Positions 50,930 through 61,321 of a stretch of DNA of 64,000 nucleotides are shown piece after piece (positions within the stretch are counted from its first letter, which is position 1; each line of letters opens with the position of its first letter). Under the pieces are notes generated by a model, which had not been told where the DNA came from, ran no database searches, and was given only the letters and a program-made list of their open reading frames with translations. Source of the stretch: Deltaproteobacteria bacterium. Its GTDB lineage: Bacteria > Myxococcota_A > UBA9160 > SMWR01. The stretch covers positions 1 to 64,000 of the forward strand of contig JAQBGU010000246.1 of the NCBI GenBank assembly GCA_032128375.1. Direction: 5' to 3'. The position numbers and the translations under genes are program-made.

Positions 50930-52912
50930 TTGATTACTGACGAACATGAGCCTCGCGGCGCAACGGTAGGTCAGAGCCATCCTGGCCGGGCGGGCGGGCG
51001 CTTCAAGTGGCATCACATCTACTACTTGCTGGCGGTGTTCGACCTCGCCACGGTTTCGCTCTCGCTGCTGCTCACGCACCAGATCCTGAATATCTACCGG
51101 GATTCGGTCGGGGAGAATCAGTCGTGGACGGCGCGAAGTGGTCGTTTCGGCGATCTCGCTCATCTCAGCTCCGCGGTGAACGCGCCTGGCAACGACGTCT
51201 TCGAATCCCGAGACGCGTCGCGCGAGTCCTCGCTGCTCGAAGAGGCACTGACGGAGTTCGACCAGGCAGTGGCGATGACCCGGTCGGACCTCGCGAAAAA
51301 CGTCGATGAAGAAGTAGCAGCGCCGCTGTCGGCAGCGCTCGGTCGCACGCAGTCCGCGATGGCAGCCATGGCGGACGAAGCCCGGGTCATCTTCGAGCAC
51401 TTCGAAAACGAGCCGGAGACCGCAGGCCGGCACATGGCGGCGATGGATCGCCTCTACGCGGACGTCCGCGGCGGTTTAGACGAGGTTCAACGCGGGGTCA
51501 GTGCGATCCAGACGTCGAACCTGCAGCGCCAGACCGAGGCCGCCGCGTCTCTCGGTCGCTACGAGTACGTGGTGGGGGCGTTCATCGTTCTGATGGTCGC
51601 AGCCATCACGGCCTACGGAACCCGTCTGTCTCGAAAAATTGAGGCGGACCAGCATGAGCGGGATCGCTACCTCGCGAATCTACAGGAGGCCGAGGCGCGC
51701 ACGCGGGCGATCCTGGAAAATGCGGCTGAAGGCATCCTGACGATCGACGCGCTCGGAGTCATCGAAGAGGTCAACCCCGCTGCAGAGCAGATTTTCGGCT
51801 ACACCGCGTTCGAGCTGATCCGGCAGAACGTCTCGATTCTGATGCCCATGCCGGACCGCGCGGAACACGACACCTACATCAAGCGTTACACCAGCGGCGG
51901 CGAACCGCACATCATCGGAACCCGGGGACGCGAGGTGCTCGCTCAACGCAAGGATGGCACGATCTTCCCACTAGAGCTCGCAGTCAGTGAAGTCCGACGC
52001 GGCGAGGCGATCCGCTGCTTTACCGGAATGCTGCACGACATCACCGCACGCAAGCACACTGAGGGGCTGATTCGTCGCTACAACGAAGCGCTCGAGAAGA
52101 CCGTCCGCGAGCGCACGGCAGGGCTCGAGCTGGCGCTCGAGAAGCAGTCCGAGTTGGCGATCAGCAACGCCGAGGCCTATGAGGTGATTCGGCGCACACA
52201 GGAGGAGCTTGTACGCAACGAGCGGCTGGCCGCGGTCGGAGAGATCTCCGCCGCCGTAGCCCACGGCCTCCGCAACCCCCTCGCCAGCATCCGCGCCTGC
52301 GCCCAGGTGGAGCGTTCCGAGATGACCGAAGAAAATTCTGTCGCAGAAACGCTCGACGGCATCATCGGCGAGGTCGACCGGCTGGAGGATCGCATCCGTG
52401 CAGTACTCGACTTCGCCCGCCCGGTCGAACCGGTGGCCAAACCGATCGACCTGAATACCGCCATCAGTGTTCTGGCTGAAGATTCGCGCAAACGCGCGCC
52501 CGACGGAGTGGAGATTGTGGTCGACTTGGACCCCGCCCTGCCGAACGCGCCCTTCGACGGCGCATACCTGTACGAGATCCTCGAGGCCCTGGCGATCAAC
52601 GCTCTCGAGGCGATGAACGGCAATGGGAAACTAACGCTCCGCACCAGGCTCGACACGCGCGACGAGTCGCAGCCGGTGAGCGAGTTGTCGATCTCGGACA
52701 CAGGCCCCGGAATCGAGGCCAGCCGGCTTCCTCGCATCTTCGAGCTCTTTTACACGAGCAAACCGTCGGGAACGGGCATCGGGCTTGCCATCGCCAAGCG
52801 GATCGTCGAGTCCCAGGGCGGTGCGATCGAGGTCACCAGCGAACCGGGAAGGGGCAGCACGTTCGCGTTGCGCATTCCCGTACCGCAGTTCAGCTTGGAA
52901 CACGCGACGTGA
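50930..52912 (+). CDS. Membrane PAS-domain sensor histidine kinase
   Basis: Two TM segments, PAS (NPAAEQIFGY, RKDGTIFPLEL), H-box AHGLRNPL, DTGPGI, GTGIGL. Confidence 0.93.
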   Translation: MITDEHEPRGATVGQSHPGRAGGRFKWHHIYYLLAVFDLATVSLSLLLTHQILNIYRDSVGENQSWTARSGRFGDLAHLSSAVNAPGNDVFESRDASRESSLLEEALTEFDQAVAMTRSDLAKNVDEEVAAPLSAALGRTQSAMAAMADEARVIFEHFENEPETAGRHMAAMDRLYADVRGGLDEVQRGVSAIQTSNLQRQTEAAASLGRYEYVVGAFIVLMVAAITAYGTRLSRKIEADQHERDRYLANLQEAEARTRAILENAAEGILTIDALGVIEEVNPAAEQIFGYTAFELIRQNVSILMPMPDRAEHDTYIKRYTSGGEPHIIGTRGREVLAQRKDGTIFPLELAVSEVRRGEAIRCFTGMLHDITARKHTEGLIRRYNEALEKTVRERTAGLELALEKQSELAISNAEAYEVIRRTQEELVRNERLAAVGEISAAVAHGLRNPLASIRACAQVERSEMTEENSVAETLDGIIGEVDRLEDRIRAVLDFARPVEPVAKPIDLNTAISVLAEDSRKRAPDGVEIVVDLDPALPNAPFDGAYLYEILEALAINALEAMNGNGKLTLRTRLDTRDESQPVSELSISDTGPGIEASRLPRIFELFYTSKPSGTGIGLAIAKRIVESQGGAIEVTSEPGRGSTFALRIPVPQFSLEHAT

Positions 52913-52922
52913 GCAGCTCCGG

Positions 52923-53333
52923 ATGGGGGCCACCATGGCCATCGTGTTGATCGTAGAGGACGAAGCCGTGCTGGCGCGGAGCATCGCCCGCTCTCTGTCA
53001 AATCTCGGACACGTCGTCAGCGTCACGCACTCACTCAAGGACGGTCAGCAGGCCTTTGACGAGCGGCGCCCGGACCTCGCGTTGGTCGATATGGAGCTTC
53101 CGGACGGCGATGGGTTGGACCTCGTTGAGCGCTGGACGACCGATGACTCGCGGTTGCGGGTTCTCGTCATGACGGCCCACGCGGGCCCGGGTTATTGCGA
53201 TCGCGCGTTGGAACTCGGGGCCAGCGCATGTGTGCACAAGCCGATGGACCTGGACGACCTCGCGAGCATCGTGCTGGCCGTCCTCGCCGACAGCAATACG
53301 CCAGCTAGCCCAGCTTCCGCAGATCAGAGGTAG
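52923..53333 (+). CDS. Single-domain response regulator
   Basis: LIVEDE, LVDMELPDGDG, MTAH, KP; start at 52923 or 52935. Confidence 0.9.
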   Translation: MGATMAIVLIVEDEAVLARSIARSLSNLGHVVSVTHSLKDGQQAFDERRPDLALVDMELPDGDGLDLVERWTTDDSRLRVLVMTAHAGPGYCDRALELGASACVHKPMDLDDLASIVLAVLADSNTPASPASADQR

Positions 53334-53449
53334 GCTCGACCGCCGCAGCTTGCATCGAGCAGATTCTTGACGCGTGGCGGGTTCAGCTCGATCGTCCACC
53401 CACTACCTCGTGTCGGGGGTGCCTCTGGCGTGACGATGATCGAGAGCGG

Positions 53450-54055
53450 CTATTTCCCCAAGAACGCGATGGTGCTGGCTTCGATCACTTCCTGGGTTCG
53501 CTCCCGACCGAGCCGCTGGTCGACGCGGAGGCGGTTCCAGGCCTCGAACGACGTGATCAGGTCGACAGCCTCGAGGAGATCGCCGTCTGCATCGGCGAGC
53601 TCGGGGAGCCACCTCAGCAGGTCCGCTCGCATTCGGCGCGTGTTTTCTGCGTGATTGCGCTGGAGGAACGGTGTGTTCCAGCGCTGAATGTCTCCCGACC
53701 GCATGAAGGGTGCGATGCGTTCGAAGATCGCGATCCGGCGTTGAATCATCGCGCGCGTTCGCTGTTCGAGGCTGCCAGTCGAACGGGGCTCGCTCAGCAG
53801 CGGGTCGATCTCGAGCTTGATCGCGGCCTGTACCTCGCCGTTCAGGCTCTCCATGTCATCGAAGTGTCGGAAGACCGTGCGTGTGCCGACGCCGGCGCGT
53901 TGGCTGACTTGTTCAGCGGTCGGCAACAGCTCGCCCTCGCGGACCAGCTCGAGCAGCGCCTCGACGATCCGCGCGCGGTTGCGAGCGCCGCGAAGCGCGC
54001 GCCCGTCCTGGGCGGTGCCGGAATTTTCGAGCGACTTCTTGCGGACCATGATCAA
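53450..54055 (-). CDS. TetR/AcrR family regulator
   Basis: PTAEQVSQRAGVGTRTVFRHFDD. Confidence 0.92.
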   Translation of the reverse strand: MIMVRKKSLENSGTAQDGRALRGARNRARIVEALLELVREGELLPTAEQVSQRAGVGTRTVFRHFDDMESLNGEVQAAIKLEIDPLLSEPRSTGSLEQRTRAMIQRRIAIFERIAPFMRSGDIQRWNTPFLQRNHAENTRRMRADLLRWLPELADADGDLLEAVDLITSFEAWNRLRVDQRLGRERTQEVIEASTIAFLGK

Positions 54056-54094
54056 GACTCGGAATCTCTCTGCCAGACATGCGCAGTGGCGCTG

Positions 54095-54119
54095 ATAGTG
54101 GCACGGCCAGTGTCATTAT
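54095..54119. promoter_or_regulatory. Candidate TetR operator
   Basis: Imperfect inverted repeat ATAGTGGCAC-N5-GTGTCATTAT between the TetR gene and the divergent LLM gene. Confidence 0.55.
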
Positions 54120-54257
54120 GCGAACTTTCGGGTGGTGGCTCCAGGGCAGCGACTCTGGGGCAATGACCGTGGCGCGAGGTGAGCGCACGCGACACCGAGA
54201 AACGGGGTCGGCGAAATTGCGAGCCTGTTGACCGGGTTCGAAAATACAGGAGCTCTG

Positions 54258-55121
54258 ATGAAGGTTGGATTGATTCCCGTCAACATGGGCGTCGAGAACG
54301 TCGACCAGATGATCGCAATCGCTCAGAAGGCCGAGTCGGTCGGGATCGAGTCGGTCTGGACATTCGAGCACGTGATCGTGCCCGTCGACTACGAGTCGAA
54401 ATACCCTTACAACTCCAGCGGGAAGATGGGAGCACCGCCGGAGACGAACATGATCGATCCGCTGATCGCGCTGACTGCGATCGCGGCAAATACCTCGACG
54501 CTGCGTCTCGCGACCGGCGTGAACATCCTGCCGCAGACCAACCCGCTGTATCTCGCCAAGCAAGCCGCCAGTCTCGATTTCGTATCCGGTGGCCGCTTCA
54601 TGCTGGGGATCGGGATCGGCTGGCTGCGCGAGGAGTTCGATGCGTTAGGCGTTTCGTTCGAACGTCGCGGCGCGCGCTTCGACGACTACATCGAGGCGAT
54701 GAAGAAAGTCTGGGCGGGTGATGTGGTCGAGCACAAGAGCGATTTCTTGCATTGGTCCGGCTTCAAGAGCTACCCCGTGCCGATCCAGAAGCCGGGCGTC
54801 CCTTGCATTATCGGCGGGTCGAAGGGCAAGGTATTCGATCGGATCGCGAAGCATGGCGACGGCTGGTACGCGCCTGCGCAGAATGCGGACGATCTGGAGA
54901 GCCTGCTGAAGCCGCTCGACGACGCGTGTGCGCGGGCAGGGCGCGATCGCTCGACCGTCGAGATCTCGACGATGTGGATTCCGGCGATGGAGGGCATCGA
55001 CGTGGTCAAGCGCTACGAAGATCTCGGAGTCAGTCGACTGGTGGTGCCGGTGCCCGCGCTCGGCGGTCCGCCGCTGGTGGCGCTCGAGAAGATGGGCGAA
55101 GAGATTCTGTCGAAAATTTAG
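54258..55121 (+). CDS. LLM class (probably F420-dependent) oxidoreductase
   Basis: WTFEHVIVP, DPLIAL, LAKQAASLD, GIGWLREEF, GDGW; AGGAG RBS. Confidence 0.88.
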   Translation: MKVGLIPVNMGVENVDQMIAIAQKAESVGIESVWTFEHVIVPVDYESKYPYNSSGKMGAPPETNMIDPLIALTAIAANTSTLRLATGVNILPQTNPLYLAKQAASLDFVSGGRFMLGIGIGWLREEFDALGVSFERRGARFDDYIEAMKKVWAGDVVEHKSDFLHWSGFKSYPVPIQKPGVPCIIGGSKGKVFDRIAKHGDGWYAPAQNADDLESLLKPLDDACARAGRDRSTVEISTMWIPAMEGIDVVKRYEDLGVSRLVVPVPALGGPPLVALEKMGEEILSKI

Positions 55122-55128
55122 CGTTAGT

Positions 55129-55611
55129 TCAGTCCGAGTAGATCAGCTGCGTCAGCGATTCGGCGACACAGCCTGGTTTGGCTTCGCCGTCGATTTCGAT
55201 CGTGACGACCTGCTTGAGTTGTAGGGTATTCGGCGCCTTGCGTTCGACCGCCGCCAGCGACCGCCTGGCGCGAACCCGCGAATCGACCTTGACGGGGTTC
55301 GGAAAGCGCACCTTGTCGAGCCCGTAGTTCACGCCCATCACCAACCCTTCATAGGCCTTCGGATCTACCGGCGGAATCTTGGATCCCAGGTGGGGCAGCA
55401 GTGACAGGGTCAAGAACCCGTGCGCGATGGTGACCTTGTACGGGGAGAGTTTCGCGGACTTTTCCGGGTCGATATGGATGAACTGGTGGTCCAACGTCGC
55501 ATCGGCGAAGCCGTTGATCCGCTCCTGATCGATCGTCATCCACTCGCCGACACCTTCTTCGTTGCCGATGAATTTTTCGAACCGCGCTAGAGCGGCTTCT
55601 GCTTTGCTCAT
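55129..55611 (-). CDS. MaoC family dehydratase
   Basis: FADATLDHQFIHIDPE, IAHGFLTLSL, NYGLDKVRF. Confidence 0.92.
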   Translation of the reverse strand: MSKAEAALARFEKFIGNEEGVGEWMTIDQERINGFADATLDHQFIHIDPEKSAKLSPYKVTIAHGFLTLSLLPHLGSKIPPVDPKAYEGLVMGVNYGLDKVRFPNPVKVDSRVRARRSLAAVERKAPNTLQLKQVVTIEIDGEAKPGCVAESLTQLIYSD

Positions 55612-55965
55612 GGGGGGCCTCCGTGAAAGAGATTGGCGACTATTTGTTGTGAGGTCGCTGCTGAGAGTTGCGAGTTGATTACGGAGAGTCGCCGTGAACC
55701 GTTGCTGGCGCAAGCTATTCCACTAGCCCTGGCGATACCACCCCGAAGGGCGCACGCGGGGCAAGTCGTCGGATCATCGACCAGGCGACATTGCTGGTTG
55801 GCTTGGAGCTGCCGTGCGTTGACATCTCGCGGGCCCTGCAGACTTCGATCTGTCCCGACGCGGCATCGCGTGGTAGCCTCGCCTCCGGCTCCAGAGCCCT
55901 CTTCTGTATCCGATATTCCTACATCCTTCTCCCCGTTTCCCAGGCGGTCCCAACAAAGGCGCGGA

Positions 55966-57951
55966 ATGACCGACCCTTTCAGTGCGCCCAACCGTTCTGA
56001 GAGCGGTGCCGGCAGCACTGACAAACCGACTGCTGCCATAGACGAGGACTCACTCGACGCCGCGCTCGAGCGACTGGGTTACGGGGCGTTCCGACCCGGC
56101 CAGCGCGAAGCAATCGAGACGCTGTTGCGCGACGACCGGCTACTGCTCGTGGCGCCAACGGGTGGCGGCAAGAGCCTCATCTATCAACTTCCGGCGACCG
56201 TGCTTTCGGGAACAACGCTGGTGATTTCTCCGCTGATTTCATTGATGGCGGATCAGGTGGCCGCCCTCGAGGACCGAGGAGTCGCTGCGACGTTCCTGGC
56301 GTCGAACCTCGAAGCCGATGCAATGCGCAGTCGGATGGCTCAGGTCGCGGAAGGCCGCTACGACCTGGTGTACGTCGCTCCGGAGCGGCTGAGTTTCGGC
56401 GGATTTCGCGCGATCATGTCGCGCATCGAGTGCCCGCTGATCGCGATCGACGAGGCCCACTGCATCAGCGAATGGGGACACGATTTTCGGCCGGACTACT
56501 TGCAGATCGGTCGGCTGCTCGAGGAATTCCCTCAGTCTCGCGTACTCGCCTGCACTGCGACGGCGACGCCGGTGGTTCGAGACGAAATCATCGAACGGCT
56601 CGGGATTCCGGCCCAGACCCCGCAGTTGATCTACGGATTCGCGCGGCCGAACCTGGCGTTGCGCGTTCGCGAAGTCAAGCAGAAGAGCGAGCGAAACTCG
56701 GCGGTGGATGCGGCGCTTCGCGAGGCGCTGAAGAAGCCGGGCGAGAAGCGTGGAGCCGTCATCGTGTACTGCCCGACCCGCAAGGCCGCCGAGGCCGAAG
56801 CCGAGCGCCTGGCGGACAAGGGCTGGTCGTGCATGGCATACCACGCGGGCAAGGACGGGCCGCGCCGCGAGAAAGTCCACCGAGCGTTCACGACGGGGGA
56901 ACTCGAAATCGTGGCCGCGACCAACGCGTTCGGCATGGGGATCGATCGGGCCGACGTTCGCGCGGTCATCCACCTGGCGCCGCCGGGGTCGATCGAGGCC
57001 TACTACCAGGAAGTGGGTCGCGCGGGCCGCGATGGGGACGACGCGCTCGGGTTGATGATCGTCTCGCCGGGCGACATGGCTCGACGTCGATCTCTGCTCG
57101 AAATGGACAGCGAAGGCGGCGCTCGGGAAAGCCACGTGATCGCCCACAAGTGGGGCATGTTTCTCGAGTTGATGCGATTCGCTGAAGGTGGCAGCTGCCG
57201 TCACGACGCGGTGTTGCGCTATTTCGGCGACGAAGCGGAAACCCTCGATGGCTGCGGCCGCTGCGATGTCTGCACGTCCATCGCGGCCGGGTTGCACGAC
57301 GAAGAACACAGCGACGACGAGGTGACGCTGCTCGTCCGCAAGGCGCTATCTGCGGTCGCGCGCGTGCACGGACGCTACGGCCTTACAGTCGCTGTTGCGC
57401 TGTTGCGCGGAATCGACGACCCACGGCTCAGCCGTGGCGGTCTCGAGCGCACCACGACATTCGGGGTTCTCCGCGATCACAGCGAAGACTGGCTGATGCG
57501 GCTCCTGCGCCGCTGTGTAACCGCGGGCTGGGTCGATTTCTTCGGCTCCGACCGCCCTGTGGTTGCGCTGACTGAAACTGGCATCGCGGTGATGCGCGGT
57601 GAACTCCCGGTGCGCCTGTTGCTGCCGCCCATGCACGTGCGCAGCATCCCGGTTTCGAGTGCGTTCCAGACGACGGGCCGTCGTCGGTCCGGCTCGGTTG
57701 CTCGCGAAGAGCTCGATGCTCGCCAACTGATTGTCTTCGATGCGCTACGCGAACATCGGCTCGAAGTGGCGCGCGCGGCCGCAGTGCCTCCCTATGTGGT
57801 GGCGACGGACCGCTCACTGCGCGAGATCGCAATGAGCGGCCCGACACGGCTCGATGACCTTCTACTCGTTCATGGGATCGGGCCGGCGAAGGTCGAGAAA
57901 TATGGGGCGGGCTGGTTGCGGGTCGTTCGGGACCACGCGGGTGAGTCGTGA
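55966..57951 (+). CDS. recQ: RecQ family ATP-dependent DNA helicase with Zn-binding, RQC and HRDC regions
   Basis: PTGGGKSLIYQ, DEAHCISEWGHDFRP, TATA, QEVGRAGRDG, CGRCDVC, PPYVV; start ATG 55966 chosen. Confidence 0.92.
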   Translation: MTDPFSAPNRSESGAGSTDKPTAAIDEDSLDAALERLGYGAFRPGQREAIETLLRDDRLLLVAPTGGGKSLIYQLPATVLSGTTLVISPLISLMADQVAALEDRGVAATFLASNLEADAMRSRMAQVAEGRYDLVYVAPERLSFGGFRAIMSRIECPLIAIDEAHCISEWGHDFRPDYLQIGRLLEEFPQSRVLACTATATPVVRDEIIERLGIPAQTPQLIYGFARPNLALRVREVKQKSERNSAVDAALREALKKPGEKRGAVIVYCPTRKAAEAEAERLADKGWSCMAYHAGKDGPRREKVHRAFTTGELEIVAATNAFGMGIDRADVRAVIHLAPPGSIEAYYQEVGRAGRDGDDALGLMIVSPGDMARRRSLLEMDSEGGARESHVIAHKWGMFLELMRFAEGGSCRHDAVLRYFGDEAETLDGCGRCDVCTSIAAGLHDEEHSDDEVTLLVRKALSAVARVHGRYGLTVAVALLRGIDDPRLSRGGLERTTTFGVLRDHSEDWLMRLLRRCVTAGWVDFFGSDRPVVALTETGIAVMRGELPVRLLLPPMHVRSIPVSSAFQTTGRRRSGSVAREELDARQLIVFDALREHRLEVARAAAVPPYVVATDRSLREIAMSGPTRLDDLLLVHGIGPAKVEKYGAGWLRVVRDHAGES

Positions 57952-58371
57952 CGCGATCGCGATGCGGATGCATGGCGTTCCCGTACCACGTTCAGACGTC
58001 GGCCGCGAGCCGTCGCATGCTTGCGGCGCGTTCGGATGGCGATACGCCGCACCGGTATTGGCCGCAAGGTCTCCCGATACGTGCATCGCCGTTCCGTGTC
58101 GATCTCCTTCACATGGCATCGGTGGAATCTCCTGCCGTTCGAGGCGGAAGCCTGCGGAACCCGGGGCCGGATCCGACCGCAGAGCGCGTTGTCGCCAGCT
58201 CCGGTCGCGAGAGGCTTCGGCGATTGTCAGGCTGACGCCATCGGCAGTGACTGAAACCGATTCTTGCGCTCGCGAAGTTCCGCACAGGCGAAGTCCTCAA
58301 GAGTCGAGCGCTCGTCGCCGATGCGAAGGAGACGATTGCGGGGATGCTCAATCCGTGCGAAAAATGGACAC

Positions 58372-58758
58372 ATGACCGCCCATTTTCAACACCGCCAGCG
58401 AACGAAGCTGTTTCAGTCAGCTCCGAAGCTTCGCGCATCGCTGATGATGTTGCTCGCTCTCGCTGCGGTTTGTGCATCGCTAGTGCCCTGCGACGCGACC
58501 ACTCTGGATTGCGACGCAACCCAATTTGTATCCGCCGCCACCGAACTCCCTTCTTCGCCGCGCGAATCGTCCTCAGGATGCGCTGATGATTGCCTGTGTT
58601 TGTGCGCTGGCTGCTGCTCGGCTGCTCTGGTCCCACAGCTCGTGAGTCTTGAAATCGACCATCGTTCGAATGAAGTCGCCACAGCGAGAAAGACTCTCTT
58701 CGCTCGCATTGTTTCCGAACGGCTTTTTCATCCTCCTCGACTCTACTCCGTCGTTTGA
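58372..58758 (+). CDS. Small Cys-rich leader protein (CzcI/DUF2946-like) ending in FHPPR
   Basis: Hydrophobic segment, CADDCLCLCAGCC, C-terminal RLFHPPRL; directly upstream of czcC; start uncertain. Confidence 0.62.
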   Translation: MTAHFQHRQRTKLFQSAPKLRASLMMLLALAAVCASLVPCDATTLDCDATQFVSAATELPSSPRESSSGCADDCLCLCAGCCSAALVPQLVSLEIDHRSNEVATARKTLFARIVSERLFHPPRLYSVV

Positions 58759-58847
58759 CCAGGTCGATGCTCGGCGCCCGCAAGTCGGGTTGTCGCGCAT
58801 ATTGAAGAGGGGCGTAGTCCCCCGTGCCTATCGACGGAAGAGTCCGA

Positions 58848-60137
58848 ATGCACCCTAAAAATCTCGGCGTGGCCAGAACCGCGCTTCTGATATCCCTGTT
58901 TTCGTGCCCCCATCTGGCGGCTGCGCAGCTGGAACCTGCGCGCACGATCGACCTCGCCGAGGCACTCGAGGTTGCTCGCAAGCACAGTCCGCTTCTCGAG
59001 GCTGCAAGGGCGCGCATCGCCGAAGCAGATGGCGACCTGACCCAAGCGGGCCTCCTGCTCGTTGGCAACCCGGAACTCGAACTGTCGGCCGGACCGAGAT
59101 TCTCGAGCCAGCGAGGCGGAAGCTCGGAGCTCGATGCTGAAGTAGCCCTCGCTCAGCGTTTCGAAACTGGCGGACAGCGCCGACATCGAGTCGCACGCTC
59201 GGAGGCACTGGCGACCGCCTCTCGTGCTCAGTCAGCCGATGTATCGCGCGATGTTTCTCGAGCCGTGGCCTCAGTCTTCTACGAGGTACTCGGAGTATCC
59301 GAGCAGCTTCAGCTCACAAGAGAGAACGTCGCACTCGGAGAAAACCTCTATGACATTGCCCGGTCTAGGGTTTCGGCCGGAGCCGCAGCGCCGCTCGAAG
59401 AGAACACGGCCCGCATTCGTCGAGCGGCAGCCAAGCGCCAACTGATTCAAGTGGAAACGCTCGTGAAGAACGCGACGATTCGCCTCGCAACCACGCTCGG
59501 CCTCGATCCAGCGACGGCGCTACAGGTCGAAGGCACACTCCCGAGGATCGGCAACCTTCCATCTCTCCCTGACCTGCTCGAGCGAGCCGAAAGAGGCCAC
59601 CCGCGCCTTCTTGCCTCGCAGGCGGCGCTGGAAGCGGTCCAGAGCGCTGCGGCGCTCGCCAACGCGGAGGCATGGCCCGACGTATCCCTCGGAGCCTCGT
59701 ATGCCCGTGACGAGAAAGACGACATCGTCATGGGTGGCCTCACGGTCGAAATCCCGCTTTTCGATCGGAACCAAGGTGAACGCCAACGCACGAAGGCTGC
59801 AAGTCACCGGGCGTTAGCAACGGCGCGTTCCGTCCGCCTCGAAATCGACTCAGAGCTTCGACGCAGCTACGCCGACTACGAAGCGGCGATGCGCTCAGTC
59901 GCTGCATTTGACGACGACGTCCTTCGTTCGCATCGCGAGAACCTGCGCCTCATCGAGGCCATGTTCCGAGCCGGGAAGATCCAATTCGTCGATGTGGTTC
60001 TGTTGCAGCGCGAATTGATTGAAGGCCGGCTTGGCTACCTGAGCGCGCGCCTCGAACTTGCGCACGCCGAAATTGCGACGCGGGCCGCTGCCGGTCTTGA
60101 CCTGGCGACTGGTTCAACTGGGAGTGACTTACCGTGA
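58848..60137 (+). CDS. czcC: TolC-family outer membrane factor (CzcC-like)
   Basis: Signal peptide, NPELEL, IPLFDRNQG, helical repeats; operon context. Confidence 0.85.
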   Translation: MHPKNLGVARTALLISLFSCPHLAAAQLEPARTIDLAEALEVARKHSPLLEAARARIAEADGDLTQAGLLLVGNPELELSAGPRFSSQRGGSSELDAEVALAQRFETGGQRRHRVARSEALATASRAQSADVSRDVSRAVASVFYEVLGVSEQLQLTRENVALGENLYDIARSRVSAGAAAPLEENTARIRRAAAKRQLIQVETLVKNATIRLATTLGLDPATALQVEGTLPRIGNLPSLPDLLERAERGHPRLLASQAALEAVQSAAALANAEAWPDVSLGASYARDEKDDIVMGGLTVEIPLFDRNQGERQRTKAASHRALATARSVRLEIDSELRRSYADYEAAMRSVAAFDDDVLRSHRENLRLIEAMFRAGKIQFVDVVLLQRELIEGRLGYLSARLELAHAEIATRAAAGLDLATGSTGSDLP

Positions 60138-61321
60138 GGAGGACCACGATTTCTATCATCTTCTCTTGGCTTGCTTCGGTGGCTTTTCTTTCGTCGCTTC
60201 TTCTCGGCTGCAGCCCTGCCTCGGAAGATGAAGGCAAGGAAAGCGAGCCAGAGCGCGAGTCCGTATCTGACCGCGTTCAGCTGAACCAGGAAGCTCTCGA
60301 CCACCTCTCTCTCGTATACGTGGTGGCAGAAGAAATCGCCCTCGAGCCAACACTTATGGTGAGCGCAGAACTCGTGCCGGTACCCGACCGGCACGCCGAA
60401 GTCGGCACGCTCGTCTCGGGCCGTATCGCCAAGGTGCATGTCAATGTCGGTGACGAAGTCGAGCTCGGTGCACCTCTGATTGATGTCGATAGCCCCGAGG
60501 TCGGAAGAGCTCGCGCCGAACTCATCAAAGCCCGCGCTGAACTCGAAGTAGCGCTCGCCGCCGCGGAACGCGAACGAGGTCTCCTCTCCGAGCGCGCCAC
60601 GTCCAAGCGCGAGGTAGAAGTCGCCGAAGGAGCATTGAAGACTGCTCGTGCTCGGCATCGGGCCGCCCAGGCACTTCTTGCGACTCTCGGTGCGGGCGAC
60701 CAACCGGAAACCGCTCCCGCGAATGCAGCGCGTGTTGTGCTTCGAAGCCCTGTCGCGGGGACCGTAGTTGCCCGCAATGCCCACGTCGGCAGAGCTGCCG
60801 AGCCCGGAGGAACTCTCATTGAGGTCGTAGACCTTGATGAACTCTGGCTCCTGGCGGACGTCTACGAACGGGACCTGAGCCTCGTCGCCAACGGACAGAG
60901 CGTTCAGGTGGGCGTGCAGTCTTACCCGGATGCTTCGTTTAGCGGCATCGTTGACCACATCTCAGGGACGATCGATGAACGAACGCGAGCCGCGAAAGTT
61001 CGCGTCGTGCTGCCAAACATCGACCGACGGCTTCGCCCTGGCATGTTTGCGACTGCGCGAATCGCAGGAACTCATGACCACGCTCCGCAGCGCACGCTTG
61101 CCGTACCAGCATCCGCGGTGCAGACGATTGACGACCATCGGGCGTTATTCGTGCGCCTCGGCGAAGGGCTTTTCGAACTTCGACGGGTTCACACAGGCGA
61201 GCGTGCCGGCAACCTGATAGAGGTGCTAAATGGCATCGCGCCAGGTGACGAAGTCGTCTCGGACGGAAGTTTCCTTCTCAAGGGCCAGCTCCTTCGCTCA
61301 ACGCTTGCAGAGGAAGAATAG
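60134..61321 (+). CDS. czcB: RND periplasmic adaptor (CzcB-like lipoprotein)
   Basis: LLGC lipobox, LRSPVAGTV, LRPGMFA, VVSDGSFLLK; GTGA overlap. Confidence 0.88.
   Translation: MRRTTISIIFSWLASVAFLSSLLLGCSPASEDEGKESEPERESVSDRVQLNQEALDHLSLVYVVAEEIALEPTLMVSAELVPVPDRHAEVGTLVSGRIAKVHVNVGDEVELGAPLIDVDSPEVGRARAELIKARAELEVALAAAERERGLLSERATSKREVEVAEGALKTARARHRAAQALLATLGAGDQPETAPANAARVVLRSPVAGTVVARNAHVGRAAEPGGTLIEVVDLDELWLLADVYERDLSLVANGQSVQVGVQSYPDASFSGIVDHISGTIDERTRAAKVRVVLPNIDRRLRPGMFATARIAGTHDHAPQRTLAVPASAVQTIDDHRALFVRLGEGLFELRRVHTGERAGNLIEVLNGIAPGDEVVSDGSFLLKGQLLRSTLAEEE

Noticed and set aside
52910..52935. Read-through fusion of the histidine kinase and response regulator at TGA 52910-52912
   Set aside because: The regulator is in a different frame and there is no Cys-motif context.
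57862..58254. Small ORFs between recQ and the czc leader
   Set aside because: No recognisable motifs, and the candidates overlap one another and the recQ end; one has an AGGAG upstream but nothing else supports it.
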